Below, in pieces: positions 22,966-36,529 of a DNA stretch of 64,000 bases. Under the pieces are notes generated by a model. That model was not told the origin of the DNA. It did not search any database and worked only from the letters and a program-made list of their open reading frames with translations. Location: positions 682,001 to 746,000 of the forward strand of contig NC_081392.1 in the NCBI RefSeq assembly GCF_030684315.1, read 5' to 3'. Source of the DNA: Stegostoma tigrinum (taxonomy: Eukaryota). The position numbers and the translations under genes were made by a program. Every line of letters begins with the position of its first letter. Positions within the stretch are counted from its first letter, which is position 1.

Positions 22966-24688
22966 TCTAATTAAGAACAAAAAAAGTGTCAAAATATCTT
23001 AATAATCGATTGGGGCATTTAGCGTTAGCATAAACTTCTCCACAAAAAGAGTTGTGAATTTTTGGAATTCTCATCCAACGAGATGCCTAGTCATTTATTT
23101 TAATCAGGACCGAATTTGGTTGATGTGATAGAAGGGAGGTCGAAGATAAGTGCAGGCAGGAAGAATTTGGGCGGCGAACAAACCACGATCTCAATGAATG
23201 GCGATGTTATCGTGAAGAGCTTAAAGGCATCCTCCTGATTTGTAGTCAGTCACTGAGTTTGAACTTAGATACCAGTCCCAGCATTTGTATCAAATCTTGT
23301 ATAGTCGATCGGATCTTGACAATTATTCTTTCTTCTGCACTGAAGTCCACAGAGCGACGTACAGTGCAGTTAACAAAGGAGATTTGAGATTTTAAAGGAC
23401 TATACTTGGGGATCTTGGCTTGCTGTACTAGTGCAACAATGTTCTTTATAGTTCAAATACGTACTGCAGTGAGAATGAAATGTATATGATTTCGCATTGC
23501 CATCTGCTGTTGTGGTAATGTATGGCCTATAGACGCTGCAGATTGTGTCATGTGACATCGTCAAAATTAGGTTGATAGTTAAGCGTTCAGTACATGTTTG
23601 CTTTTCTGCAACTCAAAATTCGTCGGCGCTCGTTGATACTTGAATTTCGCGAAGGAGACTACTAAGGGAAAGCACTTTTCATTTTATGTTGTCTTTCGTA
23701 GTGTAATGCCACGAAGCATTTTTCCACGTCCATAGAAATGTGGGAACATACAAGCGTGAGCTGAAATTAACGTCCTCGAACCATTCTGTAGTTAACATAT
23801 ACAATCACTATTTATATCATACATCGATTGGAGCGCATTGATTTCAAATCTTTACAGAGCTCAAATAAAACTTTCTGGAATGTTCAATTGACGCACCGAA
23901 CCACTACTTTTCTGCTTCGATTAGCATTTGTAACTAGGTTCTGTGAATTAGGGCGTAACAAAAAGTCTCTCTACTGATTAAAAAAGGAAGCAAAAAGACA
24001 GGAAGTTAAAATCTGTTCGTTTGGCATCTAAAAATGTTCGAATACATCATACGGGATGTGATAGCTGGAACTTAGAAAACAATGGCGCATTAACCAACGC
24101 CAGCATGAAAGGAAAATCGAGTTTTGAAGAACAGGACTTTTTTCAGGATGAAATTGGCACAACAGTTAAAGTGGATGTACTGGCTTTTAGTTAGATTTTA
24201 CACGAGATCAATAAGTATAATCAGAACACGTGATCTTGGAGGTAATATAATAGCATTAATGTAGTTTTAGTTAATGAGCAGAAAGCAGAAAATATGTGTA
24301 AATGGGTTACTTGCAACGTAGTTGGCGATGACTTAGGATACTTACACAGGCTAAATGAGCGGGCAATAACTTGGGTAGGATATACTGTTGAAAATTTGAA
24401 TTTATCAAGGATGTTAAGAAAAGTGGAAATGCAAAGTATTTCTTAAATGATCAGACAACGGAAAATGTTTATATGAAAAGGGGCTTGGGTTTATATATGT
24501 ACATAAGTGTTAACACTCATAACAGAACAGCTTCATTTCCACCACCAAGTCGCTCATGGAATATTCTTGATAATTAACAAGCGTGTGCAGCAAACAGTTA
24601 GGAGCAGACGTGATATGTTGCTCTTTCTATAAAAAAGAGTTGAGTCCAAACGTAAAGAAAATCTTGCTGCAATTAAACAGAGGCTAAA

Positions 24689-25068
24689 ATCTCCCCTCCC
24701 CCCACTGCATCCCAAAACCAGCCCAGCTCGTCCCCGCCTCCCTAACCTGACCTTCCTCTCACCTATCCCCTCCTCCCACCTCAGGCCGCATCTCCATTTC
24801 CTCCCCACTAACCTCATCCCGCCCCCTTGACCTGTCCGTCCTCCTAGGACTGACCTATCCCCTCCCTACCTACCCACCTGCACTCTCCTCTCCACCTATC
24901 TTCTCCTCTATCCATCTTCGAACCGCCTCCCCGTCTCTCCCTATTTATTTCAGAACCCTCTCCCCACCCCCTTTCTGATGAAGAGTCTATGCCCGAAACG
25001 TCAGCTTTTGTGCTCTTAAGATGCTGCTCGGCCTGCTGTGATCATCCAGGTCCACACTTTGTTATCTA
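24689..25068 (+). mobile_element. Penelope-like 3' fragment inserted in an older CR1
   Basis: C-rich tract followed by CTGATGAAGAGTCTATGCCCGAAACGTC and the same terminus as 610-819. Confidence 0.7.
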
Positions 25069-25420
25069 GGCAAGCATATACCTCGCTTATTGTGCGTTGT
25101 TTTTCATCCTTATTGAATTTTAAAAATCATATTTACCACCCAGGATTCAAAAACAAAGATTTTCGGAATTCCGTCTTTGTCCAATGAGCAGAGGAAGCCT
25201 ACATTTTGGAGGGATGAAATGGGAATTTCATTGACGCATACAACATTCCTAAAGAGCTCGAACCACTACCGACGTTCATGGGAGATGAGCGTCTCTGGAT
25301 AGGCCAGTATTTCTCACCCTTCCCTAATTGCCCGGAGGGGATTCTGAGCGGACCACATTTTTTAGGCACGAAGTCTCATGTTGGCCACGCCAGATAACGA
25401 TTGTAGACATAGTCATACAT

Positions 25421-25700
25421 GAGGGTGGCACGGTGGCTCAGTGATTCGCGGCAGGATGGGGTGGGGTTTGGGGTCGATTCACACTTGGGCCACTGTGTGC
25501 GTGGAGATTACACGTTCGCCCCGTGTCTGCGCGGGGTTCATCCGCACCGCCACCCCCCCCCCCCCCCCCTCCCGCCTCGCCGTCGAAAAATGTGCTACTT
25601 AGATGGCTTGGCCATGCTAAATTGCCCATGGTGTTTGGGAATGTGTAGCTTAGATGGGTTATAGGGGAATGGGTCTGGGTGGGATGCTCTTATGCCGCCT
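25421..25700 (+). mobile_element. HE1/V-SINE-type tRNA-derived SINE
   Basis: Head ggtggcacggtggctcagtg... and V-SINE core gtgtgcgtggag...cccgtgtctgcg...ttggccatgctaaattgccc. Confidence 0.7.
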
Positions 25701-25851
25701 GTGGTGTTTCTTTCCTCATTTCCTCACTTTATTCCATCTGTTCTTTCTTCTGCAAACATTTGCAGTGTAGTTTACTTAGCATGCTGAAGCGAGAGGAACT
25801 TTCAGGCGGCAACGTGTTGGATACATGAGTTGTCAGCCGTTACTCTGCGAC

Positions 25852-25890
25852 AGTTTTTGTCAGGTTTCCGAATGACTCCGCAGCGCTGTG
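25852..25890 (-). promoter_or_regulatory. 23-RSS
   Basis: Minus strand: CACAGCG (25884-25890), 23 bp, ACAAAAACT (25852-25860). Confidence 0.93.
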
Positions 25891-26199
25891 TCGCATCCTT
25901 GGCTGCACAGAAATAATTTGCCTCGTCTGCGGGGCCAACATCGCTAATTTTCAGGATAGACATCCTATCGTTCATGGCTCGTGTGATCTCAAATCGGATT
26001 TTGAAGTCATCTTCATTCACCGCTTCATCGCTCCTGTACTGATAGCCGATGAGTTTGAAACCATGTCCAGGTTTCTGGCGATACCAGAGCATGTTGCTAC
26101 GAACTGTCTCATTCTGATAACAATTTAGCACGGCCTGTTCGCCCTTTTGAACGGATCGCGAAGGTGTCCACTGATGTATCACATCGGCTAGCGGACAGT
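25891..26199 (-). CDS. TRBV: TCR beta V exon, apparently functional
   Basis: gtttcag acceptor; CPLADVIHQWTPSRSVQKGEQAVLNC...MLWYRQKPGHGFKLIG...LKISDVGPADEANYFCAAKDA; good 23-RSS. Confidence 0.95.
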
Positions 26200-26633
26200 C
26201 TGAAACAGAAGCGACACCTTTAATATTCGACCCAATTTCAGAAATTTCTAATTGAGTCTCGGCGTATAACTAGTACAACCGAGGGCGCACCTGGATAAAA
26301 CATGTTCAATATCTAACACTCGTTTATAACAACACGAAAAATCTAATGTTTAAAGGCCTTGGCAAAGGTAGCTTGCAATTAATCAACAAACTACGGGAAT
26401 ATGTTGTTACACTGAAAACATCTGATTCCATTAAATACTTTAGCAACTAAAATAATGTCAATCGACTGTAAATAGCAAGTACGGATTGCGAATGCACAAA
26501 CTGCGGATGTTAAATAAATGACTTTTCTCATAATTGCGCAGTAATACAATGTGTCGGTGGCACAATTAAGTTTAGCTATTCGATGTCCTGAAGGTCCTCA
26601 GTGCAAAGCCTAAAACGGGTCCATATATCTTAC

Positions 26634-26679
26634 TCGGGGTCAAAACTAGAAGAGAGAAGGAGAGCAATTGTATGTACAT
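26634..26679 (-). CDS. TRBV: Leader exon of the V at 25891-26199 (MYIQLLSFSLLVLTP)
   Basis: ACCATG Kozak context, hydrophobic core, A|GTAAG donor, phase 1. Confidence 0.9.
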
Positions 26680-26720
26680 GGTGAAAGCTACATCACTGAG
26701 GATGGCGATGGCACTGATTA

Positions 26721-26764
26721 TGAGTCACAGGCAAACGGAATCGTCAGAGCCGGAAATTACGTCA
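26721..26764 (-). promoter_or_regulatory. V promoter elements (AP-1, ETS, CRE)
   Basis: TGAGTCA (26721-26727), CCGGAA (26750-26755), TGACGTAA on minus (26757-26764), 40-85 bp upstream of the ATG. Confidence 0.6.
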
Positions 26765-27944
26765 GTGAGAAAGAACTAACATACTGCTCTGAGCGCCCCT
26801 GATATCTTCGGGAGGTGGGGTGGCTTTTCTGAGCCCACGAATAATCTATCAAATGAAGAATACATTTGAAAGGAGCCAGCCAGTGTGCGCAGAATAAATT
26901 GAAGAGCATTGCGATCATGAACACTGTTCACTTCAAATATTAGCCTGTAAGCAGGGGACGCTCTCCAGACGTTTTCGAAAAAAAAGTCCCTAATAAATTA
27001 TACGTCCAACAGAGAAAACGGGCGGAGCGTCAGTTGAATAAAACCTCGGTATTTACGATCCGACAGCATATAATAATTAAGTACGTACTCTGTGACAGGG
27101 CAGTGTGTTTTTAGTCCCTCTCAAAATGTCTCCCTCCCTCAATAAGGGACTTTCAGATACTCAGCCCTCCCACCAGCTCACCATCCAGCCACACACACAC
27201 ATTTCCAAATCCACTTCTGCACGGACTAAGGCAATGGCTTCGATTATCGAACAGGGCGACGGATAAATGACCTCTGTTTTGAGCAAGAACTGGAAAAGTT
27301 CCATTTGTGATCCTTGGAGCGGAGCAGATTGAAGCACCATGTGTCAGAATTGCATCAAAGATACTTCAGTTGCGTCCCGGCATTGAAGGAGATGGAATGA
27401 TTCTCTTTAGAGCAGAGTGGGGAAATCAGACAATTTGACACTTGATACTGTCTCTTCAATAGAGTATTTATGCGAGCATTTTTTCCACTCCAGGAGTGGC
27501 CCTCCAGAAAATAATGGCAGCAGTGCAATCTCAATTTACAAGACGCACTGCAGCAACTATCCGCTTCGACAGCACTTTCAGACCTGCGAACTTTTTCACC
27601 CCGCAGGACAGAGGTAGAAAAGGAAAAGCAGAAGGGACGCCTCATTTTTCAAATCTGATACCGTCCTGACTTGGAATTGTGACACTTCCGCTGAATCAAA
27701 TTCTGAGACTATCTAACAGCCTGGTGTGTGCATCTGCACACTTTAACTGCAGTTGCTTAAGCAGACAAGTAACCACCACCTCTCCAAAGCATTTAGGGTT
27801 GACCAGCAAAGCCTTCCCTTCCAGCGACGCCCAGATATCGTGAAAGAATTTTTAATAGCGTCTGTTAGTAGATTACTGGGAACCAGGATAACTGATAGAA
27901 ATGTCGAAGTGTCAGGCGAGATGGTGTTAAATGCAGAAGAAAGA

Positions 27945-28255
27945 AGCCGTAGAATCACTACAGTGTGGAAACAGGCCATTCTGCCGAACAAATCCACATC
28001 GCCCCTCTGAAGAACATCCTATCCAGACCCTTCTCCCTTTCCGTGCAAACTCACCCAACCCAAACAATTTAACATGACCAATCCGTTTAAACCTGCACAT
28101 CTTTGAACTGTGGGAGGAAACCGGAGCACCCGGCGGAAATCCACACCGACACGGGGGGACGTGCAAACTCCGCATAGACAGTCGCCCGAGGCTAGAATAT
28201 GGGACCCCGACCCTCTGAGGCAGCAGTGCTAGCCACTGAGCCACCGTGCCGCCCT
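27945..28255 (-). mobile_element. HE1/V-SINE-type SINE, near full length
   Basis: Minus strand ggcggcacggtggctcagtggctagcactgctgcctcag...gtgctccggtttcctcccacag. Confidence 0.8.
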
Positions 28256-30594
28256 ATTCTTGTCACTTGCTCCTTCTCTCGTCTAAGACTTCAATCTTAC
28301 AACTTAGAGCGTTTAGCTGAGTGCCAGCAGAAATTTTCGACTAACTGAAAGCAAAACTAAAAATCCTTGACCTGTGTGAGCCTTGACCTCTCCCTCACAT
28401 GCTTCTTTTACAGTTATTTATAAAAAGTTTTATTTTAAAACAGTATACAACTCGGTACAAGGGTGACAACACCCCCCTGCAAGAGAAGCAGGACAGAACA
28501 CATCTTGCTGAAACGCACAATACGTCAAAACTGTGACTGGCTAGTCATCACATATGCAAGCTAATCTACGCAATTTCGAGACAAGCTATCTAACGTGTTA
28601 ATGCCCTTTGGGAAGAAAACGTTCCTGTGTCGTCCGACCTGCACTTGATACTATATGTACAACAGCGTGGTTGACTGTTCTCTGCAATGGCTTAGTAAAG
28701 TCTTCAATGTAAGGACAATTAAGTACGTGCAGCACGTGTTATCTTTACTAGATATGCCTACAGGCGATCAAAGTGTTAAAGGAAAGTCAGGCAAATCCGT
28801 CTAAATTAATGAAAATATAGAATGTTCTACTTGAAAGTATTACTGAAGTGGGCTGAACAGTAAACCCCAAAAATGAATCAGATTAAATATTTCAACTAGA
28901 ACCCAATTTGGGAAAGAATAGGTTATATGACAACTGGAAAAAGAAGAAGATAACTATAGGCAGACTGTTTAAAATACTGTGCCATTAAATCTAACGGGCA
29001 ATTCAAGACAAGTGACGAAAACATGAAAGTCGTTGGCACAGGTTGAGAAAATAACGTAGATGCCTTTAAGGAGAAGCTGGTCAAGCAGATGAGATAGCAT
29101 TGGCTAAAAGATTTCCACATGGGCGAGTCAAAGAATAATTAGAAGTGGATGATGTTAGACTAATTAGTACTTCTTTCAAAGAACCAATACTGGATTCAAT
29201 TTGGCTATAAATCCTTATTCAATGTGGTATGATTCCATATTTTTAATAAGTTAGGCAAGTTCTCTTTTGTTTTAAGCAGAGAAAGTTTAACTTTCCCATC
29301 TGACAAATTGGGTTCGCGAGGACTAAAATCTTTACTACGCTGAACTGCAAAATGCTTTGAAAATCCCTAAAAGACACCCAAAGTCTGAATTGCAATGGGT
29401 TAACTGTTTACAACACCTGCTTGAACGTCATCTGGAGAGAGGCGTGCTTGTAACAAATTTCTGGAGATAGCTCAATTTCGTCTTGGATGAATAATTTTTA
29501 AGCCATAAGATTAACCATTTCTTGTTTGGTGGATTTCGTCCTCTTTGATACTAGCAATAAGGGGAATTTTAAACAGGTATTGAAATTCATCAATTTGTTT
29601 GAATATGTAAGTAATTGGAAACGATATGGAGAAACTAATAGCTACAGACATGTTCCTTAATCAGGGGCCATTGATTTAGGGTGACTTGAGAAAGGACCAG
29701 AGCAGAAGATCAGCAGAATTCTCAACGTCATTTTTATATATATGTATATATATTTGTTTTTTGAAATGCATTGGCGGAAAACACATTGTAACCAAATTTA
29801 GTAGTAGTCTTTAAAAAGATAATTAGAGAATTATTGGAAGAAATGTTTTTCGTGTTGTTGAGAGATGTTCAGGAGAATGACTTAATTAAGGACCTGTTAT
29901 ATAAAACAAATTTGAGCATTATGAATTGATTGGATTTTTCTTAGTTGTGTCATTCTATGACTGCATGATAATCAGCCCATCTCTCATTGCTATTGCAATT
30001 GTGCATACATCTAATAGAATAAACCTTGGACATTGGTGAAGTACAGAACAGCAGTTCGAGGCATTTTTGAATAAATAACATCCATTCAAATAGTTTTCGG
30101 TTGTTCAGAATTTGAATACCACTTAAAAATATATTTTGTGAAGCATTTGCCTTCCAGTCATCAAGAAAATTCTCAAGAAATACCAGGTTAAATGTAATTT
30201 ACCCTATCCTTTGACATTTCGATCAAGTTGTCCTTGTAATAATGTATTCACATAATTGAAAATTGAAGAGATAAAAAACGATAACAATTAAAACATATCA
30301 TAATGTTTACTATTTGTTTAAAGTTGCAATCTGTTTTTTGATGTTAGGCATTTAGCAAAAGGTAAACGTTTTGACAGAAGAACGGCAGATCGATATGACA
30401 ACTTGATGTATCAATAATAGAGGCAGATACAAAGATAGACATAATCAGTCAAATACGTCGACAGACAGACAGATAGATGGACAGAAAGATAGTGACAGAG
30501 GTTTAGAGAAACTGCCAGGCCAACATATACTCTGAATCACTTAGGGTGTTTTTATTTTTGTTGTTGAGCCCTTCCGTGCAGCTCAGTCAGTGTG

Positions 30595-30891
30595 TGTAAA
30601 CGCCAGTCGCGGTATTGCACGGCCGTGTGATTCACCCATCGGCCAAAACACTCAAGACAGAAGTGAGCGTTTTCAGCAATGGAACTGGTGGTGAAACCGT
30701 CCACCACTCAATTGGGAGTGATTGTTCTCGTACAGGAATAGACAAAGTTCTGATGCTCGCGACCACGAAGCCATTGACATCAATAGACGTTCAAGGTAGC
30801 ATTTTTGCGTAATGACACTCCATACTGATTGGGGTCCCTCCGTTTTGGAATATGGAAGTGGGTGTCTGCAGGGTCAACACGACGGCCACAT
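30595..30891 (-). pseudogene. TRBV: Decayed V exon of the CAWS (TRBV30-like) family
   Basis: ttttacag acceptor; LQTPTSIFQNGGTPISMEC, frameshift, VY*CQ...FVYS...DGFT...NHTAVQYRDWRL. 23-RSS CACACTG (30588-30594), 23 bp, ACAACAAAA, with a spacer resembling those of the 34802 and 42218 copies. Leader not found (LINE upstream). Confidence 0.78.
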
Positions 30892-30954
30892 CTGTAAAAC
30901 AGGAAATGTTGAAATCGACGGCCTTGAGGAAGCACTAATAAAAGCAAGACTGGC

Positions 30955-32790
30955 AGGGTGAGGGTGAGAGTGGATAGATTTAAAACGGACCTGAGGGACA
31001 ACTTTTGCAAACAGAACATGGTGCGTGCATGGAAAGAGCTGCCAGAAGAAGTGGTAGAGTTAGGTATAATTACAACATTCAAGGTCATTTGGACAGGTAC
31101 ATGGATAGCAAAGGTTGAGAGGGACTAGGCCAAATGCAGGCAAATGGGACCAGTACAGTTTAGGTGGTCGGTATGGACAAGTGGAACCAAAGGTTGTGTT
31201 TCCACACTGCATGACTTTATGACTCCACTTAAACCTATGCCCATCGTTTCGAACTCCCCTACTCAAGGGAAAAACACTTTTATATTCTCCTTAGCTATAC
31301 CACTCATGATTTTATAAACCTATGTAAGATCACTCCTCAAACCTCTTCCTCTCCAGCCATCCAGCCTCTCCTTATAATTAAAACCCCTGTGCCGATAACA
31401 GTGTTGTAAATCTTTTCTGTACAATTTTCGATTTAAAAATATCCATTCTACAGCAGACCAACAAAACCTGTATGCAGTACTCCAAAAGTGGCCTCCCTAC
31501 TATCCCATACAGCTGTAACATGATAGGACCAATGAAGGCAAGTATCTTCACCACCCTGTATGTCTGTGCCCCATTTTCAAGGAACTATATACGTGAAACC
31601 CTAGGTTGGTCTGTTCCACAACATTCCCCAGGGCCCTACCATTAACTGCGTATGTCCTGCCCTGGTTTGTTCTGCCAAAATGTAACATCTGGCATTTATC
31701 TAAATTAAATTCCATCTGCCACTCCTCGGCCCATTTGCCCAGTTGATCAAGATGCAATTGCACTTTTAGATAACCTTCTATACTGTTCACTATATCACCA
31801 ATTTTAGTGCCATCTAAATTTGCTAACCAACCTTCCTATGTTCTCATCCAAATCGTTTATACACAGGTCTCCAGTCTGGAAAACACCCCTCTACCACCAT
31901 TCTCCGTCTCTGGCTGTCTAGCCAAGTTTGTATTCAATTGTCTACCTCTCCCTGGATCCCAGGTGATCTAACCAGCCAATCATGCAGAAACTTGTCGAAG
32001 GTTTGCTAAAGCCCATGTAGACAGCACCTGCCGCTCTGTCCTCATCTAGTCCTCAGAAACTTCAACCAAATTAATGAGACATGATTTCCCATACACAAAG
32101 CCATGCCTACTGTCCCTCATCAGTCCTTACCTTTCCAAATGCATGTAAATCCTACATCTCGGCATCCCCTCTCCAACAACTTACCCTCCACTGACATTAG
32201 GCTCACTGTCCATAATTCGTGGCTTTTCTGAAATAAAGGCAAACATTCACAATTTCAGTCTTCCAGTATCTCAAACCTTCCTTTAGATTATACAAATACC
32301 TCTGCAAAGGGCCACACAACATCTTCCTTAGCTTCCCACAATATCCTGGGATATATTTGATCAGAGCCCGTGAGTTTATCATCTATATCAGTCTTACTCC
32401 CTCCAGTACCTCTTCTTCCGGCATGTGGACTGTAGTCAAGACATCTCTACTTAGTTCCCTGAGCTCCCGCGCTTCGATGTCTTATATCATATACCTACCG
32501 TTGAAGAGTCGATGACACTTCTACTGGCGTTGCGTTTGTTTTTATTTGACCTGTTTGCCTAATCAAACTATTCAGACTTGTTATTACACACCTCCCGAGC
32601 CTAATGTCTGTTGGTTCAGAAGTAAAGACAGTATCACTGCGCTGCAGGAGGGCCGACAATTTTTTTCTCTCTCTTGTTATTACTCCACTTGTATGGATTC
32701 TACATCTTCTGAACAATGATGATTTCTTGTTATTGTAGTTATTCTATCCATTGAACAAAACTACTCCGTCGCCCTTTTCTTCCTGCCTGT
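30955..32790. mobile_element. CR1 LINE fragments (short + 3' end, then long minus-strand copy)
   Basis: Minus ORF 31548-31790 QLGKWAEEWQMEFNLDKC; + 3' tail at about 30955-31225. Confidence 0.75.
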
Positions 32791-33380
32791 CATATAGAAC
32801 ATAGAACATAGAACATTACAGCACAGTACAGGCCCTTCGGCCCTCGATGTTGTGCCGACCTGTCATACCGATCTCAAGCCCATCTCACCTACACTATTCC
32901 ATGTGCGTCCATATGCTTATCCAATGACGACTTAAATGTACCTAAAGTTGGCGAATCTACTACTGTTGCAGGCAAAGCGTTCCATTCCCTTACTACTCTC
33001 TGAGTAAAGAAACTACCTCTGACATCTGTCCTACATCTTTCACCCCTCAATTTAAAGCTATGCCCTCTCGTGCTCGCTGTCACCATCCTAGGAAAAAGGC
33101 TCTCCCTATCCACCCTATCTAACCCTCTGATTATTTTATATGTTTCAATGAAGTCACCTCTCAACCTTCTCTCTAATGAAAACAGCCTCAAGCCCCTCAG
33201 CCTTTCCTCGTAAGACCTTCCCTCCATACCAGGCAACATCCTAGTAAATCTCCTCTACACCCTTTCCAAAGCTTCCACATCATTCTTATAATGCGGTGAC
33301 CAGAACTGTACACAATACTCCAAGTGCGGCCGCACCAGAGTTTTGTACAGCTGTAGCATAACCCCTTGGTTCCGGAACTC
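32791..33380 (-). mobile_element. Relatively young 5'-truncated CR1 3' end with (TTCTATG)n tail, nested in an older CR1
   Basis: Largely intact ORF 32889-33239 (RSYEERL...FFTQRVVREWNALP); ATAGAAC tandem tail at about 32794-32815. Confidence 0.88.
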
Positions 33381-34615
33381 GATGTCTTTTCTAAAAAGCT
33401 GTATATCTCTGAATATTTAGTTATTATTTTTGATCAATTTGAATGCATCTATGCCACAGGAGGTGAATCTTGTCGACCTGGCTTACACACACCACTAAGC
33501 TACTAAAATTTGTTACAAAGGAGAAATTGTTTTTTTTTCAGATATTAAGGATACTGACGACATAAACGTCTTCTACCATTTAGTTTTATACCTGTGGACA
33601 TTCGTACCTCGGCTTATTGAGAGGGATCACTGATGTGGCATGGTTTAGCAGTTGTCTCAATACAGGTAACACCACAGAGGAAGTATTCAATGTAGCATAA
33701 ATTCCTTTCACTCTTCGTGAATGCTCAATTATTAGAAACAGTATCAGAAATAATACGAATTGCAGATGCTGGAACAGTATCTTCAGTTGCCAGTATGACC
33801 CCATGCTGTGTTCTCGGCCTCATAATCTTTGGAGGGAAATATTGCGAATAGCTCTGTTACTAGGGCTGATAATAATGCAAACTCTGTAAAGAGTTTGAAA
33901 ACAAATCCTTTCATTAATAAATTACCTTTACACCTTTGCTTTTCCTCAGAACGTCCCAGTTACCGACTTCACCCGCCGTACTGTTACAAAGGTAGACGAA
34001 AGGATGCGTACATGTGAGAGCACCGTACCTTCTGATAATTAAGAATGCAGATATGTTTGGTTGCATTTTATTAGTAAATTGTGCAAATTTTGGAGGCGGC
34101 GGCAGAGTGATAAAGTCGCTGGGTTGACAATGCAGGGGCATATGGTTAGACGTAGGGGGAGTGAGTACTGACAAGAGAGAAGGGTTTATTTGAAGACACA
34201 AGCTTTCGGAGTCTTGCTTTTTCTTCGCATCAGTTCTATGACCCTTTGATCTTTTGATTATAAATTCAGAATCTCTCTCACTGACTCCTGGAGAAGGGGC
34301 AAGACTCCGAAAGTTTGTGACCTGTTGGATTATAACCTAGAGTCGAGCGAGCTTTTTTTTACCTGGTCCAGTCCAGTCCATCACCGGCATATCCACATCA
34401 AGACAGAAAGGACAAGAGAACAACCCAAACTGAAATTGCGACAGAAAGGAAATATTAAGACTCAGGTCAGTCAGCCAGTTCCATTCGAGGAAGGGCGGGC
34501 GATATGTCACTTCCTTTCGCCTTTCTTTCAAATCGTTTTAGAAGAGTGGGTTGATATTCACACATTCCTCAATTCTGCTCTCTCCTCTTTACAGATTAAG
34601 AAGACATTATAAAAT

Positions 34616-34652
34616 ATGAAATATCCTTTATTATTTCTGATTATGTGTCATT
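34616..34652 (+). pseudogene. Leader exon of the V at 34802 (MKYPLLFLIMCH)
   Basis: Hydrophobic peptide, T|GTAAGG donor, paralogous to 42044-42077. Confidence 0.8.
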
Positions 34653-34801
34653 GTAAGGAATAAATCTCAACTATAATATCATTTGATCAACACTTCATAA
34701 TTGTGTTTGTTTACATTTTCCTATTCTTTTAATCCGCATTTTGTTACACATTGGCCCAAATAACTCCTCTGACCTCTACCCTTTCACCCTCTCTTTTCCA
34801 G

Positions 34802-35099
34802 GCGTGCAATTGCAGACTATCCGCCAGACTCCCGCCGCTGTCTCCAGATCTCCCCAGGATGAACTAGAACTGACGTCGCTGTGAAGGGGAGCACTAACAC
34901 CATCTACATGCACTGGTACAGGCAACACCCAGGGAAGCAACCGGAGTTATTATTTTATTCCCTAACCACAGAAAGAGTGAATGCAGATCAGCCGGCAGTT
35001 GGTTTCACAGCCAAGCGACCAAGTAAATGCCTATTCATCCTGGAGTCCTCCAGCTTGTTGGCGAATCACTCGGCCATGTGTTACTGCGCTTGGAGTCTT
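34802..35099 (+). pseudogene. TRBV: TRBV30-like V pseudogene, inverted relative to D-J
   Basis: VQLQTIRQTP...ELELT, then a 1-bp deletion in the first Cys codon (acg-tc-gct, about 34876), AVKGSTNTIYMHWYRQHPGKQPELLFYS...FTAKRP...FILESSSLLANHSAMCYCAWSL. 23-RSS CACGGTG (35100-35106), ACTAAAACC (35130-35138). Confidence 0.92.
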
Positions 35100-35574
35100 C
35101 ACGGTGACACAAAGAGAGGGTGCAGCTTAACTAAAACCCCAAAGGCATGTCACAGCTGTGAGAACTGAAATCAGACTGTGCTTCGTCCTATTGAGGTATA
35201 TTTTGCAGAGTGAAATTGTTTTGATGAGAACACCAGCCGTGTTCAAATGGAGATTCAGAAATTGCGTATTGGGTGCTGAATCCAATGGTACAGGGTATTT
35301 GCAAGCGTGCTATCTGAAGTGATTCGTTAACATTAACTGAGAGGCTAGGAGTCTTTGTGAAAAACAGACCGCCGAGTAACCTCTTAGATGCCTTTAAAGG
35401 TAGGGTTGAACGGGATGCACGTAGATAAAACCATAGCAATATTTTCAGATAATGGTAACACTTTTATCAATGCTATAAGGTTTTTTGAGCAAGTGAGAAA
35501 AAACACGGCGACTTTTTTTAATGCACTGATGCTAAGTGAAAAGCAGGGACCGACAATTGCAGCAATGTTCAACG

Positions 35575-35905
35575 ATGTTCAGTGGTTAGCACAGCCGCCT
35601 CACTGCGCCAGGGATCCGGGTCCCATTTCAGCCCTGGGTGATGGTATGGAGTTTGCACGTTCTCCCTGAGTCAATGTGGGTTTCTACCGGATGCTCCGTT
35701 TTCGCCTCACTTCCCAAAGATGTAAAAATTAGGTAGATTGGCCATGCTAAACTGTCCGCAGTGCCAAGGGATGTACCCTGTTAGTCCTAGTAAATGTGGC
35801 ATCATGCGGATAGCTTCACGGCTGTGTTTGTGTGGGATTCTCTTTGGAAGGTCAATGCAGACTCAATGGGCTGAATGGCCTGTTTCCACATTGTACGGTT
35901 TCTAT
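35575..35905 (+). mobile_element. HE1/V-SINE-type SINE
   Basis: cagtggttagcacagccgcctcactgcgccaggga...ggagtttgcacgttctccc...ttggccatgctaaa. Confidence 0.75.
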
Positions 35906-36529
35906 CAACGATGATAGCGCCTGCATAACGAAATGCAACGGCGCATGAAAGGTAGTTTAATTGGAATAAATGGACAGACGGACGTCAATCGGAGGAGGGC
36001 GCCATTTGTCTTCTCTACAGCCTGACACGTAGGTACTGGAGTAATCCTTTCCAGTCTATGAAATTTGTTATATGGGACCGAGGGGAACTCGTTAAGCGTA
36101 TGTGATGTCTGTTATATAGAAAGGACAGAAAGATATTCAGCCATTCTTAGGGGCAAACAGGAGGAGGTCCATTCTGTTTCCATTAGTTTTGAGGCTCTAC
36201 ACCAGGACGCCATCGATACCAGTAGAAGGAAGAAGTAACTGTAGCTTCTGATCAAAGACATTCCATACTGATTGAAGTGCCAGGGCGTTGGGATATAAAA
36301 GCGGGTGGCTATCGAATCAGCACGCCCGTCACGTCTCTAGAACACAAAATGTAAAGATATGACACAATTCAAAGGGCACACAACTGCAGAGAGCAATGTG
36401 ATAGGAAATGATATCGCAATAGAAAAAGAATGAGTGACAGATAAAGAGACACAGAACTTGAGAAAGACAAGGAAAACGAAAGAAAATGACGCATAGAGGA
36501 GTGAAAACCAGCGAACATGAAAAGCGAAA

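Noticed and set aside
33586-33804. Hydrophobic minus ORF as possible leader for the V at 30891
   Set aside because: No suitable donor, and part matches the common ccagcatctgca repeat terminus.
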